Positions 50,638 through 60,729 are shown, counted from the first letter of the stretch. The stretch is 64,000 nucleotides of DNA from a candidate division WOR-3 bacterium (GCA_039803205.1 JBDRYB010000001.1:64001-128000); one strand, 5' to 3'. Notes: generated by a model from the letters alone, not told the origin. Numbers and translations: made by a program.

Positions 50638-51801
50638 TTGATAAGCCGCACGGCTGGATTAGTATTGGTTCTCGTGCTTATTGATTGCCGCAAAACCTCC
50701 CAAAACCCAATTTCCTTGTCCGAAACCGAGAGCGAGCCTCCCCCGGCCTCAGTTGTGGTCATAAAGGAAGGGGATATCCTCGGGATCGTTCTTGACAAGG
50801 CACTTGATGGGGAGGATTACGCTAAGGCGCTCAGAGCCGTTGACTCTGTCATAGGTGCCAAGAGAATAAGGCCCGGCGACACCCTGAAATTCTACATGGC
50901 TAATGGTAGGCTCACGAGGCTTGATTACATTAGGGGATTCAACACGACCAGGTTTGATTTCGCCGGCGAGGGATTCAAAACCAAGAACATCATCCCTGAT
51001 TTCGTAAAGAGGGTTGAGTTTGTGAGGGGGGAGGTTGATCAGAACCTTTACCTCTCGTTTCTGGAGCTCGGGGAGAAGGACCCCGTTCTCATTCAGTTCG
51101 CGGATATATTCGGATGGGACATAGATTTCACAACAGAGTGCCAGAAGGGGGATTCCTTCTTTTTCGTGGTTGAGAAGAACTACCTGGCTGATACCGTTGC
51201 ATTCTACGGCCCCGTGCTCTGGGCGGAATACGACGGCAAGAGCGTTGGCAAGCATGTCGCTTATCGTTTCAAGGGGGAGTATTACAACAGCGAGGGGAGG
51301 TCCCTCAGGAAAGAGTTTCTGAAAAGCCCATTAAAGGTCTACAGGATATCTTCCGGTTATTCAAAGAGCCGCTTCCATCCCATTCTCAAGGTATACCGTC
51401 CGCACAAGGGGGTTGACTACGCGGCTCCTGCTGGGACCCCTGTCCACGCGCTGGGGGAAGGCACAGTCGCTTTCGCGGGCTGGAAGGGCGGATACGGAAA
51501 ATATGTCAGGATAAAACACCCAAACGGGTTCCAAACCGGATACGGCCATCTGAGCCGGATAGCGGTGAGATCCGGACAAAGGGTGAGCCAGGGCCAGATA
51601 ATTGGCTATGTGGGGTCAACTGGACTCGCTACAGGGCCCCATCTCCACTTTGAGATGTTCAAAGGGGGCTCTTTCGTGAATCCCCTCACGGTCAAAACCC
51701 CTCCAGCAAACCCTGTCCCGGCTGATGAAATGGAGGAATTCAAGAACCTCGTGAGCTTCACTGATGGATGTATCAGAAGGATTAGAGGGAGCTCTGATTA
51801 G
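50638..51801 (+). CDS. M23-family peptidoglycan DD-metalloendopeptidase (MepM-like)
   Basis: HKGVDYAAPAGTPV, YGHLS, TGPHLHFE; start uncertain (50599 or 50638). Confidence 0.9.
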   Translation: MISRTAGLVLVLVLIDCRKTSQNPISLSETESEPPPASVVVIKEGDILGIVLDKALDGEDYAKALRAVDSVIGAKRIRPGDTLKFYMANGRLTRLDYIRGFNTTRFDFAGEGFKTKNIIPDFVKRVEFVRGEVDQNLYLSFLELGEKDPVLIQFADIFGWDIDFTTECQKGDSFFFVVEKNYLADTVAFYGPVLWAEYDGKSVGKHVAYRFKGEYYNSEGRSLRKEFLKSPLKVYRISSGYSKSRFHPILKVYRPHKGVDYAAPAGTPVHALGEGTVAFAGWKGGYGKYVRIKHPNGFQTGYGHLSRIAVRSGQRVSQGQIIGYVGSTGLATGPHLHFEMFKGGSFVNPLTVKTPPANPVPADEMEEFKNLVSFTDGCIRRIRGSSD

Positions 51802-52849
51802 GTCCCTTGCCGTGCTTGAGAGGGATGGCTACATGGGCTATGATCCTTATGATGGGCTTCTTTCGCCCTTAGCGAGGCTTTTGCCCGGCTCAACGCTGAG
51901 ACTGCTTTTTGTCCACGCGGTAAGGAAGAAACCCATAAACATCAGGCCCATGCTCGGCATAAAGAAAACCCTAAACCCAAAGACCCTCGCTCTCTGTTTG
52001 TCGGCATACGCTGGCCTCTGTGTGGACAGGCCTCCGCGCCCTTCGCTCATCAATAAGGCCAAGAGAATCATCTCCCTCCTTCAAGAAACCTTTCCCTGGG
52101 GATACCCTTTTCCCTGGCAATCAAGGGCCTTTTTCGTCCCAGCCGGAACCCCCACGGCAGTGAATACCGCTTTCGTTCTTCACGCGCTTGCTGACGCGCG
52201 GGATGCCTTAAATATTGAGACAGACAGCCTGATCCGAAAGGGGGCCGAAAACATCCTCTCTGCGCTCAACAGAACCCAAGACGGCTTCTTCAGCTATACC
52301 CCATTTGATAACTACAGGATCCACAACGCAAACCTGCTTTTGGCCTCGGCTTTGGCGAGGGCTGGTTTTGGGGATGAGGCAATGAGATCCGCCCAGGCTT
52401 CGGTTATTCTTCAGAGGCCTGATGGCTCATGGCCGTATGGGGAGGACTGGGCTATGTTCTCCTACATAGACAACTTCCACACTGGATTCGTCGTAATCGC
52501 CATTACCTCATTAAACAGAACCTTTGGACAGGCTTTCAAAGAACCCCTTGAGAGGATTGTGAATTTCTACGAAAAGAATCTCTTCGGCCCGGATGGCCTG
52601 CCCCTTTGGCGTTTGGGCAAAAGGTATCCCCTTGATGTTCACACGCTCGCTGTCTCTGTTGGTGTGATGGCGGAACTCGGAAAGAAGGAAAGGGCTATGG
52701 CCCTGGCGGATGCGCTTGTCCGGCTTTTCATGGACAGCGATGGGCGTTTCGGCTACCAGAGGGGAAGATTCATTTACAACCGGATAAACTACGCCAGGTG
52801 GGGCCAGGCCTGGGGGGTATGGGCTTTGGCCAAGGCATGTTTCCCATAG
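51764..52849 (+). CDS. Hypothetical alpha/alpha-barrel-like protein, possibly glycan-modifying
   Basis: GYDPYDGL, WGYPFPWQSR, IHNANLL, QRPDGSWPY, IDNFHTGF, YARWGQAW; start uncertain. Confidence 0.6.
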   Translation: MDVSEGLEGALIRSLAVLERDGYMGYDPYDGLLSPLARLLPGSTLRLLFVHAVRKKPINIRPMLGIKKTLNPKTLALCLSAYAGLCVDRPPRPSLINKAKRIISLLQETFPWGYPFPWQSRAFFVPAGTPTAVNTAFVLHALADARDALNIETDSLIRKGAENILSALNRTQDGFFSYTPFDNYRIHNANLLLASALARAGFGDEAMRSAQASVILQRPDGSWPYGEDWAMFSYIDNFHTGFVVIAITSLNRTFGQAFKEPLERIVNFYEKNLFGPDGLPLWRLGKRYPLDVHTLAVSVGVMAELGKKERAMALADALVRLFMDSDGRFGYQRGRFIYNRINYARWGQAWGVWALAKACFP

Positions 52850-52875
52850 GGCAAACCCTGTCTCTCTTCTATGGA

Positions 52876-53481
52876 TTACCGAACCGCGAACTTTCCGGAT
52901 TGGCTCCTCTTTCCCGATTCCTCGTGGCTTGTTTCCCACAGATAGACCCCTGGCTCAAGGCTCAGCTGGTTTTTGCCCCTTTTGAGCTCAGCAGAATAGA
53001 TTAGCCTTCCGTCTGCTTTATAGATTTTTATCCCAACACCCTCGGGAGAAAGGAAAAGCGCGGCACCGGGGAGAAGAGAGCAAGTTATTCCGGGCTTACC
53101 ATAAGCATCCTTCTCCTCAACATTCACCGGCGGACAAGCATCGGTTACGGCGAAAGCTGGGGTTCCAACTGTTAGGCTTGGCTCTGATGTGGTGGGGAAA
53201 CAACTGGCGCCAACAGAGGGCGATGAGCTGACCGGACTAACATCCATAACGGTTGGCAAGCACTCCTGCACACAGCCGGGGTAATTCCCATCCTGGTCCA
53301 GCTTGAGGACGAGAAGATCCCAATCGCCGGCGCCAAAACTCCATGTCCATCCCGCGACAGCGTAGCCTCCGTCTGTTGTCTGGATTATGGAGCTGGCTAT
53401 ATCCTGGTTCGTTCCGCCAAAGGTTTTGGCAAAGAGCCACTGACCGACCAAGATGTTTGTGGTTATGAATGCGTATATCAT
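52876..53481 (-). CDS. Single-repeat paralog of the 31410..32927 propeller protein
   Basis: Same N-terminus (MIYAFITTNIL), one repeat, and similar linker and C-terminal domain (GIKIYKADGRL...LEPGVYLW...GKFAVR). Confidence 0.8.
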   Translation of the reverse strand: MIYAFITTNILVGQWLFAKTFGGTNQDIASSIIQTTDGGYAVAGWTWSFGAGDWDLLVLKLDQDGNYPGCVQECLPTVMDVSPVSSSPSVGASCFPTTSEPSLTVGTPAFAVTDACPPVNVEEKDAYGKPGITCSLLPGAALFLSPEGVGIKIYKADGRLIYSAELKRGKNQLSLEPGVYLWETSHEESGKRSQSGKFAVR

Positions 53482-53557
53482 CATAAAACCCCCGTTAGAG
53501 TCAAATTATAATAGATTGATCCCTTAATGCTTCTCGCTTTATCATTTACCCGTTCCA

Positions 53558-54226
53558 GTGAAAACCGTTTTCGTTCTTGAGGATGAGCCTGACATAAACA
53601 GGCTCGTTCGTGAAGCGCTTGAAGCGGCCGGTTTCAGGACACGGGGCTTTTTCAGGGCTGACGAGCTCCTCTTTGCCATGCAGGGAAAGATCCCAGACCT
53701 GCTCGTTATTGACCTCATGCTTCCAGATGGGGATGGGATGGATCTGGCGAGGCAATTGAAATCAACCGAGCGCACGAGCAATATCCCGATTGTGATCCTC
53801 ACGGCAAGGACGAGCGAGTCGGACACGGTTCTCGGGTTTGAGATAGGCGCGGACGACTACATAAAAAAACCCTTCTCCCCAAGGGAAATGGTCGCGAGGG
53901 TAAAACGCCTGCTCAGAGCAAAGGAGGTTCCGGGCCCATGGGAGCTCAGGCATGGGCCGCTGAGGATCTTGCCGGAAGCGAATAAGGCATATGTCAATAA
54001 GACGCCCCTGAGACTCAGCCCATCCGAGTTCGTTATACTTCTCGAGCTCGTGAAGGCCGGTGGAAGAACAGTGAGAAGAACCGCTCTCCTCTCCGCGATA
54101 GGCTCATTAGGGGGGCCGAGGACGGTTGATGTGCACATAAGGACGCTGAGAAAGAAGCTTGGCAAAAGCGGTAGGCTCATAGAGACTGTCAGGGGGGTAG
54201 GCTACAGGCTAACAGAGGGCACATGA
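53558..54226 (+). CDS. OmpR/PhoB-family response regulator
   Basis: LEDE, DLMLPDGDG, GADDYIKKPFS, RTVDVHIRTLRKKL, TVRGVGY. Confidence 0.93.
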   Translation: MKTVFVLEDEPDINRLVREALEAAGFRTRGFFRADELLFAMQGKIPDLLVIDLMLPDGDGMDLARQLKSTERTSNIPIVILTARTSESDTVLGFEIGADDYIKKPFSPREMVARVKRLLRAKEVPGPWELRHGPLRILPEANKAYVNKTPLRLSPSEFVILLELVKAGGRTVRRTALLSAIGSLGGPRTVDVHIRTLRKKLGKSGRLIETVRGVGYRLTEGT

Positions 54227-55524
54227 GGAGCGTTCTCGCGAGCCTCGGGTTCTGGCAGGGGGTTATCATCCTCTTTATGCCGGTTATTGCTTGGTTATCC
54301 GGCGCGGCCTTGTGGGCAACCTGTTTGATAGCGGCCCTGGCCATAACCCTCATCGCTATGAACATCCTATACCAGATCTCGGTAAGGCGTTCAGTGAAAA
54401 GGGCGCTCTCAGCCTTCAGGGAGCTTACGGGACAGGAGCTGAGGTGCAGGGGAATAGGGCTCAGGTATTACCTCCTGTGCATGCGCAGGGCCATAAAGGA
54501 GCTGGGAGCCTTGCTTGAAGAATCCAGACAAGCAGAATCCGAATCTGAGGAGGGAATAAGGTCAACTGGCTATGGCGTCGTCATCCTTGACCGAGAAGCA
54601 AGGGTTGTTCTCTCCAACGAGCGAGCCAGCGAGCTAGTGGGGGCTATTGAGGGGAAAAGGCTCTGGGAGGCGCACGGCGCCGGCAGGGGACTCGTGGAAA
54701 ATGTGGAATCCGCTCTGGCATCCGGCAAGGCTTTAAGGGCTGAGTTCCTGACCCTTTTTCCGGAGAGAAGGTGGATAAGGGCTGATGTAGCACCATTCTC
54801 AAGGGGAAGATTTCTTCTTTTGGTAGAGGACATAACCTCTGCGAAGGAGACCGAATCAATAAAATCCCGCCTCGTTTCATCAGCATCGCACGAATTGAGG
54901 ACGCCCCTTACCGTGATCCAAGGCTATCTTGAGATGGCATCCGAAACGGGCATATCCGAGGAATCCAGAAAAAACGCGCTTGAGACCGCTCTGAAACACA
55001 CAAAGCGCCTCTCGTCTCTTGTTGAGGACATACTTACCCTCTCCCGAATGGAGTCCACCCCACCAAAGCTTGAGCCAACAGACCCCAGAAGGCTCCTTTC
55101 GGGTGCTGAGGAGATGTTCAGGCCAAAGGCCAAGGCAAAGGGCCTTGAGCTCGTCTTCTCGGCAGAGGGGCTCCCGGATGAAGTAAAAATCGATCACAGC
55201 ATGATAGAGACAGCCTTGTATAACATCATTGACAATGCCATAAAGTTCACGGAAAAAGGCAAGGTTGAGGTATCCGCGTGGACCGAGGATGGGTGGCTCT
55301 TCATCTCCATCAAGGACACGGGGCCGGGAATTCCCCCTGATGACCTCCCTAGGATATTTGAGAGGTTCTACAAGGGCAGGCTCACATCCCAATCCGGAAT
55401 CCCTGGCACAGGCCTCGGTCTTGCCATTGCAAAGTGGGCGGTCTCGGCCCACGGGGGAGAGATACTGGCCGAGAGCAGGGTCGGTGAGGGAACGAGATTC
55501 ACGCTGAGACTTCCGATGGTTTAG
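54223..55524 (+). CDS. PhoR-like PAS sensor histidine kinase
   Basis: SHELRTPLTVIQGY, NIIDNAIKF, DTGPGI, FERFY, GTGLGLAI. Confidence 0.92.
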   Translation: MRSVLASLGFWQGVIILFMPVIAWLSGAALWATCLIAALAITLIAMNILYQISVRRSVKRALSAFRELTGQELRCRGIGLRYYLLCMRRAIKELGALLEESRQAESESEEGIRSTGYGVVILDREARVVLSNERASELVGAIEGKRLWEAHGAGRGLVENVESALASGKALRAEFLTLFPERRWIRADVAPFSRGRFLLLVEDITSAKETESIKSRLVSSASHELRTPLTVIQGYLEMASETGISEESRKNALETALKHTKRLSSLVEDILTLSRMESTPPKLEPTDPRRLLSGAEEMFRPKAKAKGLELVFSAEGLPDEVKIDHSMIETALYNIIDNAIKFTEKGKVEVSAWTEDGWLFISIKDTGPGIPPDDLPRIFERFYKGRLTSQSGIPGTGLGLAIAKWAVSAHGGEILAESRVGEGTRFTLRLPMV

Positions 55525-55561
55525 TTGAACGAGGGTTGCTCCTCACGATCGTCTGCAAAAA

Positions 55562-55591
55562 TTGCGATCCGTCACGGGCTCACATTATAAT
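55562..55591 (+). promoter_or_regulatory. tRNA promoter
   Basis: TTGCGA-N18-TATAAT, 10 nt before the tRNA. Confidence 0.6.
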
Positions 55592-55601
55592 TTTCACCCT
55601 A

Positions 55602-55674
55602 GGGGCCGTAGCTCAATTGGGAGAGCATCAGGCTGGCAGTCTGAGGGTCACGGGTTCAAATCCCGTCGGCTCCA
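55602..55674 (+). tRNA. tRNA-Ala(GGC); CCA not encoded
   Basis: Acceptor stem GGGGCCG/CGGCTCC+A with G3:U70; anticodon arm TCAGG-CTGGCAG-TCTGA; T-loop TTCAAAT. Confidence 0.95.
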
Positions 55675-55738
55675 TTCTCCAAAACCCAATACTCAAGCCA
55701 ATCAGTATTCATCCGGGGAATTTTCTCCAGCTCCTTCT

Positions 55739-55870
55739 TCATAAACTGACCATAACGCCCCTCTCCCTAACCCTGTCCATAACCTTCCAGCTCGCGTATG
55801 TGTGTCTGATGTCGTGAAAGTCTTCAACCCAGATCCTGCATGAATCTGAAACTCCCTCTGAGTGCGGATT
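55739..55870 (-). pseudogene. Tyrosine recombinase/integrase remnant
   Basis: Stop-bounded segment without a start codon reading ...VEDFHDIRHTYASWKVM..., matching the HxxR box (FHDLRHTxASW); lies just 3' of the tRNA. Confidence 0.7.
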
Positions 55871-55979
55871 TCATAGGCCGAAAAGATAAGAAATTTCCGA
55901 GTAGAAACAGGTCTCACGATCCGTTTGAAAAACCAGGAAGTCCTTGTGGAGTGAGGAACTCCCATGCCACACATTTCTC

Positions 55980-57218
55980 TTATTGAGACTCGTTCGTGCA
56001 GAAAATGGGTTCAATCTCATCGGGTTTGATGAACCTTTCCTCCCCGGTAGCCATGTCCTTTATCTTGAGAACGCTCCTCTCCAGCTCCTCTTCCCCTATG
56101 ATTATTGCCTTTCTCGCGCCCAAGCGATCGGCTATCTTGAACTGCTTGCCCGGCTTTCCGCCCTCGTAATCCATATCGGCCCAGAGTCCTCTTGACCTCA
56201 GATCTCGCAAAAGCCTAATAGCCTCGTCCTTGGCTTTTGGCCCAATGAATACAATAAAGTAATCGGGGCCTGATGGTTCTCCGGCCCTTTCGCCCCTCGC
56301 TATCTGAACCCTCTCTATGCCTATCGCCCAGCCCGAGGCAGGGGTCCGGGGCCCGCCCATCTGCTCAACCAGGAGGTCATACCTCCCGCCGCCTCCCACG
56401 GAATCCTGTGCCCCGAGGCCCTTTGCCCTGAACTCAAAAACCGTTCTCGTGTAGTAATCCAGACCTCGCCAGAGCCTGTGGTCCTCTTTGAAGGAAACGC
56501 CGTTTCGGCTGAGAGCCTCCTTGAGCTCGGAGTAGTGAGCTGAGCATTCCTCGCAGAGGTAACCAGCCATCCTGGGGGCATCTCCAAGCCTAGGGGCATC
56601 GGTCTTACAATCAAGGGCCCTCATTGGGTTCCTCTCAAGCCTTCTCCTGCAATCATCGCAGAGATCGGCGTGTTTTTCAAATAAATAGGACCTGAGAGCC
56701 TCGCGATATCTCGCCCTGTCATCGGGGCAACCTATGGAGTTGAGGAGAACCTCAACATCCGGCATTTCCCAGGCACGAAAGAGCTCAAGGGCCAGCTCTA
56801 TCTGCTCAGCATCAAGGAGCGCTGATGCGACACCAAAACACTCAACCCCCAGCTGGGTGAACTGCCTAAGACGCCCCTTCTGGGGCCTCTCTGCTCTGAA
56901 AAAAGGCCCCCAATAGGCTATTTTCGCTGGAACGCTCATCCTCTCCTCAAGAAAGGCCCTCACTGCTCCAGCGGTTCCTTCTGGGCGGAGAGCGTATGTC
57001 TCCTCCCCCCTCGTGAAGCTGAACATCTCCTTCTCAACGATATCGGTCGTCTCCCCGATTGAACGGACGAATAGCTCCTGTCTCTCAAATATCGGAAGCT
57101 CTATGAACCTGTAGCCATAGGCACGAAGTAGGCCTCGGGCTTTCTCGTAGATGACCTGCCTTTCCTCGTATTCTGGAGGAAGAATATCCCTTGTCCCGCG
57201 AGGTCTCTGGTATTGCAT
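55980..57218 (-). CDS. hisS: Histidine--tRNA ligase
   Basis: RPRGTRD, LRPEGTA, RAERPQKGRLRQF, RGLDYY, GGGRYD. Confidence 0.97.
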   Translation of the reverse strand: MQYQRPRGTRDILPPEYEERQVIYEKARGLLRAYGYRFIELPIFERQELFVRSIGETTDIVEKEMFSFTRGEETYALRPEGTAGAVRAFLEERMSVPAKIAYWGPFFRAERPQKGRLRQFTQLGVECFGVASALLDAEQIELALELFRAWEMPDVEVLLNSIGCPDDRARYREALRSYLFEKHADLCDDCRRRLERNPMRALDCKTDAPRLGDAPRMAGYLCEECSAHYSELKEALSRNGVSFKEDHRLWRGLDYYTRTVFEFRAKGLGAQDSVGGGGRYDLLVEQMGGPRTPASGWAIGIERVQIARGERAGEPSGPDYFIVFIGPKAKDEAIRLLRDLRSRGLWADMDYEGGKPGKQFKIADRLGARKAIIIGEEELERSVLKIKDMATGEERFIKPDEIEPIFCTNESQ

Positions 57219-57442
57219 CCTGATAGTATAACCCAGGCAGTTTAAGGATTTCCAGGAACACCACCGAGCTTTACCCATTCCCTCACCTCTTGAAGATTTC
57301 TTCGATGTATCCTCCAGCGAGGGGAGCGAATGAAGTGAGTAATCTCATAGCCCAGCCCAGGGGATTCGCCCCTTCTCTCATTCCTACTTATCACGAAATG
57401 ATCCCCGTTCTGAAGGAAGAGATCAATTTGGCTCAAGATTGG

Positions 57443-58330
57443 CTAAAAAGATACCTCCAAGGAGAACCTGTGTGCCACCCCAAGGTCTCCGTTGTAGACA
57501 AGCGCATAGTCCCCGGAGAATCTTGAGAACCTGAATCCAGCTCCTGCAGTTGGCATCCGGGCATTCATGCCCAGCCTGAATCTCGCTGGCCCCAGCGACG
57601 CTTCACCTCCAACCCTGGGTTCAAGGCTGGCATCCCCGAAGTGAATGACCTCTGCGCCCCCCCTTCCCTCAAACCTCAGGACTCCCTCGCCAGAGACGAT
57701 AAGCCACGGAGCCGGTCTAATAGCGATTCCACAGTTAACCGATGGAGCAACGGTCTCGTGCTTTCCCGTTGACCAGAACAAAGGGGTTGTGAGCGCGTCC
57801 TTTATGACGAGGCCAAAACCAAGAGCATCAAGATCCTTCAGGTAACCAAGATCCAGGCCAATACCGTAACAGGATGTTGTGTCAGCCTTCTGCCCCAAAG
57901 CCTTCAATGTGATTCCCAAGCCGCGCCGGCTCCCAAGGCTGAGAAGGAGCTCGTAGGCCTGATAAGATGTTGTGCCTATTATTACAGGTTCATTATCGTT
58001 GCTCGGTGGAGATGTGGTATCCGGTAATTGTGTTCTCTTTATGTCCCCAACGCCGAGGTAGTAGATTCCAAGGCCGTAACCCCCGAAAGGGGTTTCCTTT
58101 GCCAAAGCCACAAACTCATAGTTGAGGCCCTGCCAAAAGGCACCGTGCATAGCGAGTATGCCTGCGCCTTCAACCTTCCCTATCCCCCCAGGATTCCAGT
58201 AGACCCCGGAAGGGTCGGTAGCCAGAGCTGTGAATGCCCCTCCCATTCCCCATGCCCGTGCTCCCAGTCCAAAATTGAAGGCCTCGCCAGCAAACGGGGT
58301 TCCAAATGCACAGAGAAAAACCGGTATCAT
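57443..58330 (-). CDS. PorV/PorQ (UPF0164) family outer-membrane protein
   Basis: GARAWGMGGAFTALATDPSGVYWNPGG; C-terminal DYA...LGVAHRFSLEVSF. Confidence 0.85.
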   Translation of the reverse strand: MIPVFLCAFGTPFAGEAFNFGLGARAWGMGGAFTALATDPSGVYWNPGGIGKVEGAGILAMHGAFWQGLNYEFVALAKETPFGGYGLGIYYLGVGDIKRTQLPDTTSPPSNDNEPVIIGTTSYQAYELLLSLGSRRGLGITLKALGQKADTTSCYGIGLDLGYLKDLDALGFGLVIKDALTTPLFWSTGKHETVAPSVNCGIAIRPAPWLIVSGEGVLRFEGRGGAEVIHFGDASLEPRVGGEASLGPARFRLGMNARMPTAGAGFRFSRFSGDYALVYNGDLGVAHRFSLEVSF

Positions 58331-58384
58331 CGTGGAAATTATAATCCCAAACCAGAGACTGATGCAACCGACAGGAGCGAGAAA

Positions 58385-59902
58385 CTATAACCCTATCTTT
58401 CTATAAACCCAAAGCCTCGCGGTAAAAGAGTTCCCATCAAGGGTGAGCTGCTGGGAGCCGGAGTGTCCGGTCATGAGATAGACATTTAAGGGTGTTGGCC
58501 TTGTCCACCCAGCGCCAGCGGCCGGATCCCCTGGGGTGAGCCTATCGCCTGGCATAAAATAACCAAAGGTAAAGCCGACATCAGCGAGGTCAGCATATGT
58601 GCCCTTCAAGGATACATCGATCTCAGAACCTATGTAGTTGCTGAGGCTAGCTGGCGTCCACTGCTCAAGAAAGGCATAAAAGTCCAATCTCATCACCAAG
58701 GAGTATTTGACAGGGAAGGCGTTGAATATCACATTGCCGTTAACGACGGATATGTCTGTGGGGTTGAAGAAGAACGGGGTTCTCCACATGTCTGGCCTGA
58801 AGTTCCATGTCATCACCTCTCCGAATCCAGCCCAGTGTATCCACTCGGTGTTGGGGGACGAGGTGCTTCTCAGACACGGTGGGAACCAGCCCTCGTATAT
58901 GTCCCCGGTGGCCCCGTTGTCTCCCGAGAAGGAATGATATGAGACGCCGAGCGTGAACATGTCAGAGGTCTGGTAATACGCTCGGACATCAAAAGCCGAT
59001 GCTGAGAACTTGTAGCCCGTCACTGGGTCCTGGAGGCCATACCTTGAAAGCAGGTTGTATAGCTGGTCTGAGAGGTCGTAATAGACAAACTGCTGGGCGT
59101 CCCATTCGCCGAAGAGCCAACCGACCTCTCCGGCCATAACGAACCCACCCAGAGGCCCGACCTCAAGATAGCCGCCAGCCCACATGGGCCGCCATCCGCC
59201 CGAAAGGCCCCTGTCCTCAAGATCGGCAAGGAAGTAGAGGTTAAAGGCGTAGTTGGATTCCGCCTTGGACTTGCCTCCTACCAGGCCGATCATGTCAAGC
59301 TGGTATTTCGTGTAGACATACTCGTAGACCTGGGAGGAGTCAGTGGTCAACTCAACGGGAAAGTAAAATGTGTCTCTTTGCAATGCACCACCCTCGGAGA
59401 GGTCCGCATACACTACATCAAACCAGTAATCCCATTCAGGGCTTGGGATGAATGTCATCTTTATTCCGTTCTGGCCTATTCCGTAGTAGTCGGATATGAG
59501 AATGCCTTCGCCGTAGTTGAAGATCTGGCGACCAACGCGGAGTATTCCGAGCATGCCCATAGGAAGAACAAAGGTATCCGCCTCCACAAAGCCCTCCGAA
59601 AGGGTTATTGTGTTCTTTGATGGGTCGCCTGAGAGGATGCCGTGGTATAGGCCGCCTATACCGAGGGTGAACTGATTGTTCAGGGTGATATAGCTTGAGA
59701 CCCTGGCCCTGCCAGCGTTATACATGTCGCCTTCAGATTGGGTAGCTGAGCCAGATAGGTCTTCCATCGCGCCCTGAATATAGATACCGCTCATGAAAAC
59801 CTCTGCCTCAAACCTGGCCTCTACCTTGGCTTCCTCACGGAAGATGGGCACCTGAGCCGAAAGGCCCGCCACAAAAACGAAGGGGAAAACAAACCTTTTC
59901 AT
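58385..59902 (-). CDS. Alginate-export-like outer-membrane beta-barrel
   Basis: Signal peptide; RVGRQIFNYGEG, FSGD, IGSEIDV, YFMPGD. Confidence 0.65.
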   Translation of the reverse strand: MKRFVFPFVFVAGLSAQVPIFREEAKVEARFEAEVFMSGIYIQGAMEDLSGSATQSEGDMYNAGRARVSSYITLNNQFTLGIGGLYHGILSGDPSKNTITLSEGFVEADTFVLPMGMLGILRVGRQIFNYGEGILISDYYGIGQNGIKMTFIPSPEWDYWFDVVYADLSEGGALQRDTFYFPVELTTDSSQVYEYVYTKYQLDMIGLVGGKSKAESNYAFNLYFLADLEDRGLSGGWRPMWAGGYLEVGPLGGFVMAGEVGWLFGEWDAQQFVYYDLSDQLYNLLSRYGLQDPVTGYKFSASAFDVRAYYQTSDMFTLGVSYHSFSGDNGATGDIYEGWFPPCLRSTSSPNTEWIHWAGFGEVMTWNFRPDMWRTPFFFNPTDISVVNGNVIFNAFPVKYSLVMRLDFYAFLEQWTPASLSNYIGSEIDVSLKGTYADLADVGFTFGYFMPGDRLTPGDPAAGAGWTRPTPLNVYLMTGHSGSQQLTLDGNSFTARLWVYRKIGL

Positions 59903-59912
59903 CGCGACCATA

Positions 59913-59942
59913 ATGATAATCAAACCGCTCGGCCTGTGTCAA
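59913..59942 (-). promoter_or_regulatory. sigma70-like promoter
   Basis: TTGACA-N18-TATCAT, 10 nt before the ATG at 59902. Confidence 0.65.
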
Positions 59943-59961
59943 CTATGAAAATGGCCCCTTT

Positions 59962-60648
59962 TTAGCTTATAAACCCCAGAATCCTCTCCAGGCTTGAGAT
60001 CCGTGGACCGTCCCATGTCCCTGCCTCTGTCGCGAAGGGTTCAGGGGCTTGCTCGTCGGATGACTGGATGAGTATGGCGAGCATGCCAAGTTTCCTTGCG
60101 CCCGTAAGCTCACTGTGCCCGCCATCCCCAACATATAGACATGATTCGGGCTCGACTTCCAGTCTCTTGCACGCCAACAGATACATTCTGGGGTCCGGCT
60201 TTCTCATGTGAACAGAGGAGGAAAAGACCGCGCAATCAAAGTATCGTGATATAGGGAGCTCGTCCCAAAGTGGGGGGACCTCTGGTGAGCAATCGCTCAT
60301 GAGTCCCAATTTTAGGCCATTTGCCTTTATTTCCCGCAAGATACGCCCGGCTTCCGGGCGCGGGGTGAGCCTCGCTCGGACGAAATTCTCCCTCATTTTT
60401 ACAGCCGTTTCTATCCGCTCCTCATCAGGATGTAGGCCGAGCTCTTCAAGGATGAGTCTCAGGTTTTCAGCGATCGTGGGAATCTCTCCGATGAGGCGCT
60501 TCTCGCATGTGGCTCCCCATGCCCGAGCGAAATCCTCCCGCGGAACGCCAAGCTCAGCGGCCATTTCAGCCAGATGATCGTCGTGTCCTTCCCAGAAGCC
60601 CGAAACCAGGGTTCCAAAAAGATCAAAGATAACAGCCTCGTGTCTCAA
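59962..60648 (-). CDS. HAD-family hydrolase
   Basis: AVIFDLFGTL, RKPDPRMY, YVGDGGHSELTGA; true start is 60648 (TTG) or 60654, and the ORF-track extension is spurious. Confidence 0.9.
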   Translation of the reverse strand: MRHEAVIFDLFGTLVSGFWEGHDDHLAEMAAELGVPREDFARAWGATCEKRLIGEIPTIAENLRLILEELGLHPDEERIETAVKMRENFVRARLTPRPEAGRILREIKANGLKLGLMSDCSPEVPPLWDELPISRYFDCAVFSSSVHMRKPDPRMYLLACKRLEVEPESCLYVGDGGHSELTGARKLGMLAILIQSSDEQAPEPFATEAGTWDGPRISSLERILGFIS

Positions 60649-60729
60649 GGGCATATTATAACGGTTGGCCAGTTGCCCGCGCGATGGCCAGGATATTATA
60701 ATATCCAACGAAATCAAAGGAGAGATGAG

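Noticed and set aside
52876..53481. DGR template repeat for the 31410 gene
   Set aside because: It is an intact ORF, its differences from the long gene are not adenine-specific, and there is no adjacent RT or Avd gene.
57242..57436. Small ORF or decayed toxin-antitoxin pair between hisS and the porV-like gene
   Set aside because: Only weak fragments (e.g. SSVVFLEIL) and no frame with a convincing motif.
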